From Dehalococcoidia bacterium (lineage in GTDB: Bacteria; Chloroflexota; Dehalococcoidia; GIF9; AB-539-J10), in contig JAUWQI010000005.1 in NCBI GenBank assembly GCA_030611085.1, positions 1 through 61,097 on the forward strand: a stretch of DNA of 61,097 bases, given 5' to 3'. This document shows positions 38,398-46,265 of this stretch, piece after piece. The notes beneath the pieces were generated by a model that was given only the letters and a program-made list of their open reading frames with translations, was not told the origin of the DNA and searched no databases. How positions within the stretch are numbered: the first letter of the stretch is position 1; every line of letters begins with the position of its first letter. The position numbers were made by a program, and so were the translations under genes.

Positions 38398-38502
38398 ATG
38401 AAGCCAGAAGAGATTTTGAAGTTTGCCAAGGAGAACAATATTGAAATTGTGGATTTGGAATTCAATGATTTGCACGAATTACGACAGCATTTCTTCAGTT
38501 GA
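38398..38502 (+). pseudogene. 34-codon ORF resembling the N-terminus of a glutamine synthetase (remnant or upstream ORF)
   Basis: MKPEEILKFAKENNIEIVDLEFNDLHELRQHFFS*, with AGGAGGG RBS. Compare the GS-I N-termini ...VKFVDLRFTD..G...H. Confidence 0.35.
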
Positions 38503-38562
38503 TTTTAGTTTCAATTTGTGGTTTGATAGCATCAAAAATATTTTAAGGAGAAGGATAACTAA

Positions 38563-39906
38563 ATGAATATTAAAGATAGAGCCGAAGCCAAGGAATATGT
38601 TCTCAAGACAGCTAAGGAGCAGGATGTCAAATTTATAAGGTTATGGTTTACCGACATCTTAGGTTTCCTTAAGAGCTTTGCTATCACCTTTGGAGAGTTG
38701 GAAACAGCTTTAGAATCGGGAATGGGGTTTGATGGCTCATCCATTGAGGGCTTTGCCCGCATTGATGAGAGTGACATGGTAGCTTTGCCTGACCCCACCA
38801 CATTTCAAATTCTCCCCTGGCGTCCGAGGGAGCATCAAGGTGTAGCCAGAATGTTCTGCGATATCTATTGGCCTGGGGGTCAACCCTTTGAAGGCGACCC
38901 TAGATATGTACTGAAAAGAAACTTGAAAAGAGCTGCAGATATGGGCTATACCTTCTATACCGGCCCTGAGCTGGAATATTTCTATTTTCGAGATTCAGAG
39001 ACAACACAGTTTTTAGACCGAGGAGGCTACTTCGATTCAACTCCCCCCGATATAGCAACCGATTTGAGACGAGAGACAATTCTCATCCTTGAAGAGATGG
39101 GTATCGGTGTAGAATATAGCCATCATGAAGTTGCCCCTAGCCAGCATGAGATAGACTTACATTATACCGATGCTTTAACTATGGCTGATAATGTAATGAC
39201 CTATCGATTGACAGTCAAACAGGTGGCTCAACAACACGGCGTTTATGCCACTTTTATGCCCAAGCCCGTATCTAACATAAATGGCAGTGGGATGCATGTC
39301 CACATGTCATTGTTTAAAGGTGATAGAAATGCCTTCTTTGATAAGAATGCCTCTCATCATCTATCCAGGATGGCTGAACATTTTGCCGCTGGCTTACTAA
39401 AACATGCACCTGAAATCACCTCCGTCACCAACCAATGGGTGAATTCCTATAAACGACTTCTTCCAGGCTATGAAGCACCAGTGTATATCAGTTGGGCAAG
39501 GAGAAATCGGGCTGACTTAATCAGGATACCTGAATATCAGCCGGGGAAAGAGAACGCTACCAGGATTGAATTTAGGTCTCCTGATCCTGCTTGCAACCCT
39601 TACCTGACTTTTAGCGTTCTACTGGCTGCTGGATTGGAGGGAATTGAGAAAGAATATGACCCACCAGCACCTGTGGAGAAGAATGTTTTTGAGATGACCG
39701 AGCAAGAGCGACAAAAAGAGGGCATAGGTACGCTTCCTGGTAGTTTGTATGAAGCTATAAAACTCACTGAGAATAGCGAATTGGTGAGGGAAGCTCTAGG
39801 GGAACATGTATTTAATACCTTTATCCAGAATAAAAAAATGGATTGGGACCGCTACCGCAGTCAAGTAACTGACTACGAGCTCAGAGAATATTTGCCTATT
39901 CTGTGA
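38563..39906 (+). CDS. glnA: Glutamine synthetase type I
   Basis: 447 aa, with FDGSSIEGF and NGSGMHVHMSLF. Confidence 0.95.
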   Translation: MNIKDRAEAKEYVLKTAKEQDVKFIRLWFTDILGFLKSFAITFGELETALESGMGFDGSSIEGFARIDESDMVALPDPTTFQILPWRPREHQGVARMFCDIYWPGGQPFEGDPRYVLKRNLKRAADMGYTFYTGPELEYFYFRDSETTQFLDRGGYFDSTPPDIATDLRRETILILEEMGIGVEYSHHEVAPSQHEIDLHYTDALTMADNVMTYRLTVKQVAQQHGVYATFMPKPVSNINGSGMHVHMSLFKGDRNAFFDKNASHHLSRMAEHFAAGLLKHAPEITSVTNQWVNSYKRLLPGYEAPVYISWARRNRADLIRIPEYQPGKENATRIEFRSPDPACNPYLTFSVLLAAGLEGIEKEYDPPAPVEKNVFEMTEQERQKEGIGTLPGSLYEAIKLTENSELVREALGEHVFNTFIQNKKMDWDRYRSQVTDYELREYLPIL

Positions 39907-39956
39907 GTCGATTTTGGATTTAGGTCTAAAAGGGGTTATAATACCAATCACGCGAG

Positions 39957-40298
39957 ATGCATGAGCTGGGGGTAACCCAAAGCATTGTTAATATTGTTTT
40001 AGATAAGGCCAAAGAGGCTCAAGCTAGCAAGATTGTTCAAATTAATTTAGTTGCTGGTGAATTAGCAGGTTTTGTGCCAGAGTGTATCCAATTCTATTTT
40101 GATATCCTCAGTAAAGATACTATCGCCCAGGAGGCGAGTCTCATTTTTATCCCAGCACCAGCCCAACTACGCTGCCGAAATTGCTCCACCTCTTTTCACC
40201 TTCAGAATACCTTGTGGTCTTGTCCTAAGTGCGACAGCCAGAGCGTGGAAATAATCGGAGGGCGAGAGCTGTATGTAGAAAGTATGGAGGTGGAATGA
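39957..40298 (+). CDS. hypA: Hydrogenase nickel-insertion protein HypA
   Basis: 113 aa, with MHELGVTQSIV and zinc motif CRNC...CPKC. Confidence 0.9.
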   Translation: MHELGVTQSIVNIVLDKAKEAQASKIVQINLVAGELAGFVPECIQFYFDILSKDTIAQEASLIFIPAPAQLRCRNCSTSFHLQNTLWSCPKCDSQSVEIIGGRELYVESMEVE

Positions 40299-40966
40299 GG
40301 AAAATAGAAGTTGTGCAAAATATTCTTGGGGCTAATGACTCTATAGCGGCTCAAAATCAGCGGTTACTGGATGAGCATAGAATCTTCGCTCTTAACATTA
40401 TGTCATCTCCAGGTGCGGGCAAGACTAGCCTTATTCTACAGACCATAGCTAAGTTGAGGAGTAAGCTAAGTATAGCCGTTATCGAAGGCGATGTTGCTTC
40501 CACGATTGATGCTGAAAAAATAAAAGGCCATGCCGCAGCAGTGGTTCAGATAAATACGCAGAACATGCCTGAAAGTTGCTCTCTGATTGCCAATATGATA
40601 GACCGCGCACTTAAAAGTTTGCCTTTGGAAGATATAAATTTGCTTTTGATTGAGAATGTGGGCAACCTCATCTGCCCTTCTGAGTTTGCCTTGGGGGAAC
40701 ACAAAAGAGTAGTGATTTCTAGCTTGCCTGAAGGGGATGATAAACCTATTAAATACCCTATGATATTCGCCGATGCTGATGCGGTGGTGATAAATAAGAT
40801 GGATTTTCTCCCATATGTTGATTTTGACATTGCTGCCTTTCGCCATGCCGTTGAAGGTCTAAATCCAAAAGTCAAATTCTTTGAGGTTTCTTGCAAAACC
40901 GGCATTGGAATAGAAGGTTGGTGCTCCTGGTTGCTAACAGAGACGCAGCTTAACCCACATAAATAA
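40295..40966 (+). CDS. hypB: Hydrogenase maturation GTPase HypB
   Basis: ATGA overlap with hypA. P-loop SSPGAGKTSL and ENVGNLICP. No His-rich N-terminus. Confidence 0.9.
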   Translation: MRKIEVVQNILGANDSIAAQNQRLLDEHRIFALNIMSSPGAGKTSLILQTIAKLRSKLSIAVIEGDVASTIDAEKIKGHAAAVVQINTQNMPESCSLIANMIDRALKSLPLEDINLLLIENVGNLICPSEFALGEHKRVVISSLPEGDDKPIKYPMIFADADAVVINKMDFLPYVDFDIAAFRHAVEGLNPKVKFFEVSCKTGIGIEGWCSWLLTETQLNPHK

Positions 40967-40991
40967 TTACTTTGAGAACGCTATATATCCA

Positions 40992-41021
40992 TGGACAACG
41001 AAGGACATTGAGTAATATAAT
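40992..41021 (+). promoter_or_regulatory. Sigma70-type promoter for the hydrogenase operon
   Basis: TGGACA (40992-40997), an 18-nt spacer, then TATAAT (41016-41021), about 120 nt upstream of the small-subunit ATG. Confidence 0.45.
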
Positions 41022-41140
41022 GAGCATTCAAAGCACTCCACATGATGCATCTCATCTCAAAGTGATGTCTTTCTACCCCAGTGTAGAGATAGAGGGAATC
41101 TCAGTGATTAAATATCCCAAGAAAGAAAGGAGGTAAAAAC

Positions 41141-42118
41141 ATGGCTAAACCTAAAGTTGCCTTTTACTGGTGTGCTTCGTGTGGGGGATGTGAAGAGACA
41201 GTTGTTGACCTTGCTGAGGATATTCTGATAGTGGCGGACGCCGTGGATATAGTCTTCTGGCCTGTGGCTTTGGATTTTAAAAAGAAGGATGTTGCAGCTC
41301 TGTCTGATGGCAGCATAGCGGTGAGCTTTATAAATGGCGCTATAAGAACAGGAGAGCATGAGGAGATGGTTAAGCTATTACGAAGAAAATCTGGGCTTGT
41401 AGTGGCCTTCGGCTCTTGTGCTCACATGGGTGGGATACCGGGACTGGGAAACTTCTGGACGAGAGATGCGATTTTCCAGAGAGTTTACAAAGAAGTCCCA
41501 ACTGTAGAAAATCCTGAGGGAATTACCCCACAGGTGAAAACACAAGTCGAAGTTGGCGAGCTTACGCTGCCAGAATTTTATGATACCGTAAAGACTTTAG
41601 ACCAGACTATACCAGTAGATTACTACCTTCCCGGATGTCCTCCCCCGCCAGATTTAATAATGCAGGCGGTAAATGCCATTCTCAAAGGTGAACTCCCAGA
41701 GAAAGGAGCGGTGCTTGCCCCCGATAAAGCCTTGTGTGATACATGCCCGAGGGCAGAAACGAAACCAGAGAAGATATCAATAAAGGAAATAAAGAGGCCT
41801 CATGAAGTGGAACTCGACCTTGAGAAATGTTTTCTCGCGCAAGGTGTAATTTGTCTTGGTCCTGCCACCCGCTCGGGGTGTGGTGAAAGATGCATTAGAG
41901 CCAATATGCCATGCCGAGGATGTTTTGGGCCCACAAGCGGGGTTGAAGACCACGGGGCAAAGGGACTTTCCATGATTGCCTCCCTTCTAGGGCTAGAAGA
42001 AGAGGAAAGGATGACTGAGGAAGATGTTAAAAAGTTAGTCGACGGGGTTGTTGACCCGGCAGGGACATTCTATAGATTTAGCTTGCCCGCTTCTCTGCTC
42101 AGAAGAAAGAGAGTATAA
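41141..42118 (+). CDS. [NiFe] hydrogenase small subunit, group 3 type (no Tat signal)
   Basis: 325 aa, with MAKPKVAFYWCASCGGCEETV, GSCAHMGGIPG and LPGCPPPPD, plus distal Cys clusters. Confidence 0.88.
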   Translation: MAKPKVAFYWCASCGGCEETVVDLAEDILIVADAVDIVFWPVALDFKKKDVAALSDGSIAVSFINGAIRTGEHEEMVKLLRRKSGLVVAFGSCAHMGGIPGLGNFWTRDAIFQRVYKEVPTVENPEGITPQVKTQVEVGELTLPEFYDTVKTLDQTIPVDYYLPGCPPPPDLIMQAVNAILKGELPEKGAVLAPDKALCDTCPRAETKPEKISIKEIKRPHEVELDLEKCFLAQGVICLGPATRSGCGERCIRANMPCRGCFGPTSGVEDHGAKGLSMIASLLGLEEEERMTEEDVKKLVDGVVDPAGTFYRFSLPASLLRRKRV

Positions 42119-42135
42119 GGTATAGGAGGGTAAAG

Positions 42136-43596
42136 ATGAGAAAAATAACGATAGACCCTATAACCAGGCTCGAGGGACATGGAAAGATAGAGATATTTCT
42201 TGATGAAGAAGGAGAGGTTAACAGAGCTTATTTTCAGATTCCTGAGCTTCGGGGATTTGAGAAGTTCTGCGAGGGAAGACCCGCAGAGGAGATGCCAAGA
42301 ATAACCCCGAGAATCTGCGGTGTGTGCCCTACTGCTCATCATCTATGCGCGACCAAAGCTCTTGATGACCTCTTTAAAGTCGAGCCAACCCCAACAGCAA
42401 AGAAGATAAGGGAACTTATGAATTGTGCTTTCCAAGCGGAAGACCACATATTCCACTTCTTCTTTCTCGGTGGACCCGACTTTGTTATTGGTCCAGAAGC
42501 TCCTGCTGCCGAAAGGAATATCTTGGGAATTGTTGCCAAGCTTGGGAAAGAAACAGGGTTGAAGGTTATAGAGGTAAGGAAAAGGCTGCGAGAAGTTATA
42601 GAAATGATAGGGGGAAAGGCAATCCACCCTGTCTGTGGTTTGCCTGGAGGTGTATCAAAGCCTGTAACTGAGGAAGAAAGGAAGAGATTTATTGAGACCG
42701 CCGAATATTCGGTGGAATTTTCCAGATGGGCTCTTGAGCTATTTGATAACACAGTGCTCAAAAATAAGGAATATCTCGACCTTGTCACTGGGGATATTTA
42801 TAAGCATAGGACATACTACATGGGGATGGTGGATGAAAATAATAAGTTAAACTTTTACGATGGTGATTTGAGGGTTGTTGACCCGAATGGCAAAGAGCTT
42901 GTCAAATTCAAAGGCCGCGATTATCTTGACCATATTAGGGAACATGTTGAGCCCTGGACTTATGTAAGGTTTTCTTATCTTAAGGATGTGGGCTGGAAGG
43001 GATTTGTTGATGGAGAGGAAAGCGGTGTTTTCAGAGTAAATAGCTTGCCTCGACTAAATGTTGCCGATGGAATGGCGACACCCCTCGCCCAAGAAGCTTA
43101 TGAGAAGATGTATGCAGCATTAGGCGGGAAGCCAGTCCATAATACCTTGGCTTTTCATTGGGCTCGGCTCATTGAGACACTTTATGCCTCCGAAAGAATG
43201 CTTGAGCTCGCCCGTGACCCTGAACTTACCTCACCCAATATAAGAAACATCCCTACAGAAACTCCAAAGGAGGGCGTGGGAGTGATAGAAGCACCAAGAG
43301 GTACACTTTTCCACCACTATAAAACCGATGAAAAAGGAATTATTACGGAAGCTAATCTGATTGTTGCCACACAGAATAATTCCGCCTGTATGTGCATGGA
43401 TATTGAGAAGGCAGCCAAATCACTTATACACAAAGGAAATGTTCCTGAAGGGATTCTCAACATGGTTGAGATGGCGTTTAGAGCCTACGACCCGTGCCAT
43501 GGCTGTGCTACCCATTCCCTTCCTGGAAGAGTGGCTCTTGAAGTGGATGTCCATGACTTCCGGGGAGATATAGTAAAGAAATTGAAAACAGAATAA
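42136..43596 (+). CDS. [NiFe] hydrogenase large subunit, group 3 type
   Basis: 486 aa. N-terminal ligand motif RICGVCPTAHH and C-terminal DPCHGCATHS, followed by a cleavable extension. Confidence 0.95.
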   Translation: MRKITIDPITRLEGHGKIEIFLDEEGEVNRAYFQIPELRGFEKFCEGRPAEEMPRITPRICGVCPTAHHLCATKALDDLFKVEPTPTAKKIRELMNCAFQAEDHIFHFFFLGGPDFVIGPEAPAAERNILGIVAKLGKETGLKVIEVRKRLREVIEMIGGKAIHPVCGLPGGVSKPVTEEERKRFIETAEYSVEFSRWALELFDNTVLKNKEYLDLVTGDIYKHRTYYMGMVDENNKLNFYDGDLRVVDPNGKELVKFKGRDYLDHIREHVEPWTYVRFSYLKDVGWKGFVDGEESGVFRVNSLPRLNVADGMATPLAQEAYEKMYAALGGKPVHNTLAFHWARLIETLYASERMLELARDPELTSPNIRNIPTETPKEGVGVIEAPRGTLFHHYKTDEKGIITEANLIVATQNNSACMCMDIEKAAKSLIHKGNVPEGILNMVEMAFRAYDPCHGCATHSLPGRVALEVDVHDFRGDIVKKLKTE

Positions 43597-43615
43597 CTAG
43601 GAAAGGAGGAAAAGA

Positions 43616-45409
43616 ATGGCTGGTTATGCTCAAGTTGAGGAAGTAGTTAATGAAACCACAGGGAAAATATATCAGGCTCCCTGTCAGATGGCTTGTCCCC
43701 TTAAAATGGATACCCAACGCTCTCATGCTATGATTGCCCTTCTTCCTTCAGACATCCGAGAGGCAAAGGAACAGATGAGGAAGATAGGCGATGAAGTTTA
43801 TGAGAAAAACCCTTTGTTTCCAATATGTGCCTACATCTGTGGGAAATTCTGTGAGACAGAATGCAATTATAAAGATGAGGCTGGAGCAGTAAGAAGAAGA
43901 ATGCTCTTGCGGTTTCTCAGCGAGCATTATCTCCCACATCTGGGAGGTAAACCTCCTTTTGCCCCTCCCTCTTCTAAGGGGAAGGTTGCCATAGTTGGAG
44001 GTGGACCTGGGGGTTTAATGTGTGCTTACGCGCTGAGCGAAAAGGGTTACCAGGTTACCATCTTTGAACAGAAATCTGAGTTGGGAGGTGCTCTGAGATA
44101 CATTCCTCGATATCGTCTTCCCAAAGAAGTAATAGATACCACTTCGAATAATTTGCTAAGGATTGCCAATGTAAAAGTTGAATTCGGGGTGAAAATAGGT
44201 GGTGAAGGGAAGACCTTGGATAACCTTAAAAGCGAGGGCTACCAGGCTATATTTATCGCTACAGGCACCATCCTTCCCAGACCCCTCACCATTGGAAGGG
44301 ATTTAGTGCCAGGAGCAGACCTAGGGGGAGTTGAATATGGCTTGAACCTTCTTTCTGATGTATCGCAAGATAAAGTTTCTCCACAGCTATATCAGGGTAA
44401 GAAGGTGGTAGTTGTAGGAGGTGGCAATGTAGCCTTTGATGTGGCAAGGACTGCCCGAAGGCTCGGCGGAGATGTCTCCGTTGTCTGCCTTGAGTGTGAG
44501 GATAAATCGTCTAAGGATGGAATCCCAGCCGATGTAGAGGAAATAGAGGGGGGAAGTGAAGAGGGAATAAGGATGGTTTACTCTCGAGGCGTCCAGGAGA
44601 TAATGGGAAAGAGTGGGAAATTTGAGAAACTAAAGTGTCCACTTTGTACTCAGGTTTGGGCTGAGAATGGAATGTTTAGTCCTGAGTTTAATTTTGACGA
44701 TGTAATATATCTTGAGGGCGATGTTTTGCTGATTACTATAGGGCAGATGTGGGAAAGAGCAATTTTCCAGCAAGAAGGCCTATTGAACGATAAGGGAAGG
44801 CTTGATGTCGATCAGTCTACCCTCATGAGCAATCTTAAAGAGGGGGTTTTCATCGGGGGAGATTTAAAGCGGATAGGTTTTGCTGTGGATGCGATGAGAG
44901 ATGGCATGGTAGCAGCGGAGTCCATAGAGCGGTATCTTAGTGGTGCAGATTTGAGAGCGGGGAGAGAGAAGGAATACGAAAGTGCACCTATCCCAAAGCT
45001 TTTGGACTATAAAACACAGCCCCAGCTTAAATGGGTGCCGGCAGAAGAAAGATTAAACTTCGAACTCTTTGAGAAGGGATTCACTCTTGAGGAAGCCAGA
45101 GGAGAGGCCATGAGATGTCTTTACTGTGGCCCGTGCAAGAGTTGCAAAGGATGCGTGGCATTAGAACTTCAGCCTGAGATACCAGAAATCGAAGTTAATA
45201 AGGATTTATGCAGCGGATGTGGTATCTGCGTTGCCGTATGTCCTTATGATGCCGCTAAACTAGAGAAATCCGAGGAAGGGCTAGTATCAGTTACAGATGA
45301 CCTTAAGTGTAAGCGGTGTGGAGCATGTGTCGCTGCTTGTCCTGCTGAAGCAAGAGCTATCAAGGATAAGTTCCTGGAAACTGTAGCTACTGCCCTTGGA
45401 ACATTATAA
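43616..45409 (+). CDS. GltD/NfnB-like FAD-NAD(P) oxidoreductase with extra C-terminal 2x[4Fe-4S] domain
   Basis: 597 aa, with VAIVGGGPGGLMCAYAL...LGGALRYIPRYRLPKEV, VVVVGGGNVAFDVAR, CSGCGICVAVCPYDA and CKRCGACVAACPAEA. Confidence 0.8.
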   Translation: MAGYAQVEEVVNETTGKIYQAPCQMACPLKMDTQRSHAMIALLPSDIREAKEQMRKIGDEVYEKNPLFPICAYICGKFCETECNYKDEAGAVRRRMLLRFLSEHYLPHLGGKPPFAPPSSKGKVAIVGGGPGGLMCAYALSEKGYQVTIFEQKSELGGALRYIPRYRLPKEVIDTTSNNLLRIANVKVEFGVKIGGEGKTLDNLKSEGYQAIFIATGTILPRPLTIGRDLVPGADLGGVEYGLNLLSDVSQDKVSPQLYQGKKVVVVGGGNVAFDVARTARRLGGDVSVVCLECEDKSSKDGIPADVEEIEGGSEEGIRMVYSRGVQEIMGKSGKFEKLKCPLCTQVWAENGMFSPEFNFDDVIYLEGDVLLITIGQMWERAIFQQEGLLNDKGRLDVDQSTLMSNLKEGVFIGGDLKRIGFAVDAMRDGMVAAESIERYLSGADLRAGREKEYESAPIPKLLDYKTQPQLKWVPAEERLNFELFEKGFTLEEARGEAMRCLYCGPCKSCKGCVALELQPEIPEIEVNKDLCSGCGICVAVCPYDAAKLEKSEEGLVSVTDDLKCKRCGACVAACPAEARAIKDKFLETVATALGTL

Positions 45410-45416
45410 ATGTAAA

Positions 45417-45866
45417 ATGAAGACGCTCATTTTAGGAATCGGGAATACTATCCTGACTGATGACGGGGTCGGAATAAGAGTCGCTCAAAAGATTAAGGAG
45501 AAAAAACCAGATTTAGAAGTAATAGAGGCGAGCGAGACTGGGGTTGCGCTCCTCGACTATGTAGTGGGCTATGATAAGCTCATTATCATCGATTCCATAA
45601 AAACTGGCAACGGGGAACCAGGAGAGCTTTATAAGCTTAATCTGAAAGACTTACGGGCCAGCACGAATTTATTCTCCTCTCATGGCATAGATATTGCTAC
45701 CGCATTTGAGCTTGGACAAGGTTTAGGCTATGAAATGCCCAAGCATATCAGCATATATGGAGTGGAAACAAAGAATACAATGACACTTGGTGAGAGATGC
45801 ACCGAAGAAATAGAGGAAAAACTGCTATCTATTGTAAAGCAAATTATGGAGGAGGAAAAACTATGA
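45417..45866 (+). CDS. Hydrogenase maturation endopeptidase (HycI/HoxW/FrhD type)
   Basis: MKTLILGIGNTILTDDGVGIRV. The start is taken at Met-8 of the listed ORF. Confidence 0.85.
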   Translation: MKTLILGIGNTILTDDGVGIRVAQKIKEKKPDLEVIEASETGVALLDYVVGYDKLIIIDSIKTGNGEPGELYKLNLKDLRASTNLFSSHGIDIATAFELGQGLGYEMPKHISIYGVETKNTMTLGERCTEEIEEKLLSIVKQIMEEEKL

Positions 45867-46252
45867 ATGAATTTGAACCTAAGGTTGTAGTTTTCCGTTG
45901 TAACTGGTGTTCGCGAGATGGAGAGACTTCAAAAATGGAGAGCGCGGCTAACACCAAACTAATCCGAACTATGTGCTCAAGCAGGGTAGACCCATCCTTC
46001 GTTCTAAAAGCCTTCGCTAGCGGAGCTGATGGTGTGATGATAATGGGGTGCCATCCAGGAGATTGCCACTATCTTTCCGGTAATTATAAAACCATGCGGA
46101 GGGTGATGCTGCTTAAGAATATGCTTTCACAATTTGGGATAGAGCCGGAAAGACTAAAACTAGAATGGGTTGCCCCATCCGAGGAAACCAAATTCCCAGA
46201 AGTGGTGGGAAACTTCACGAGTAAAGTAAAGGAACTAGGCCCAATCCGCTAA
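45863..46252 (+). CDS. mvhD: MvhD-like hydrogenase iron-sulfur subunit
   Basis: MNEFEPKVVVFRCNWCS...MCSSRVDP...GCHPGDCHY. ATGA overlap with the protease gene. Confidence 0.8.
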   Translation: MNEFEPKVVVFRCNWCSRDGETSKMESAANTKLIRTMCSSRVDPSFVLKAFASGADGVMIMGCHPGDCHYLSGNYKTMRRVMLLKNMLSQFGIEPERLKLEWVAPSEETKFPEVVGNFTSKVKELGPIR

Positions 46253-46265
46253 TCCCCCTCACCCA

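Noticed and set aside
43480-43520. Selenocysteine in the hydrogenase large subunit (Vhu-type)
   Set aside because: The C-terminal ligand motif is encoded with ordinary Cys codons (DPCHGCATHS), and there is no in-frame TGA.
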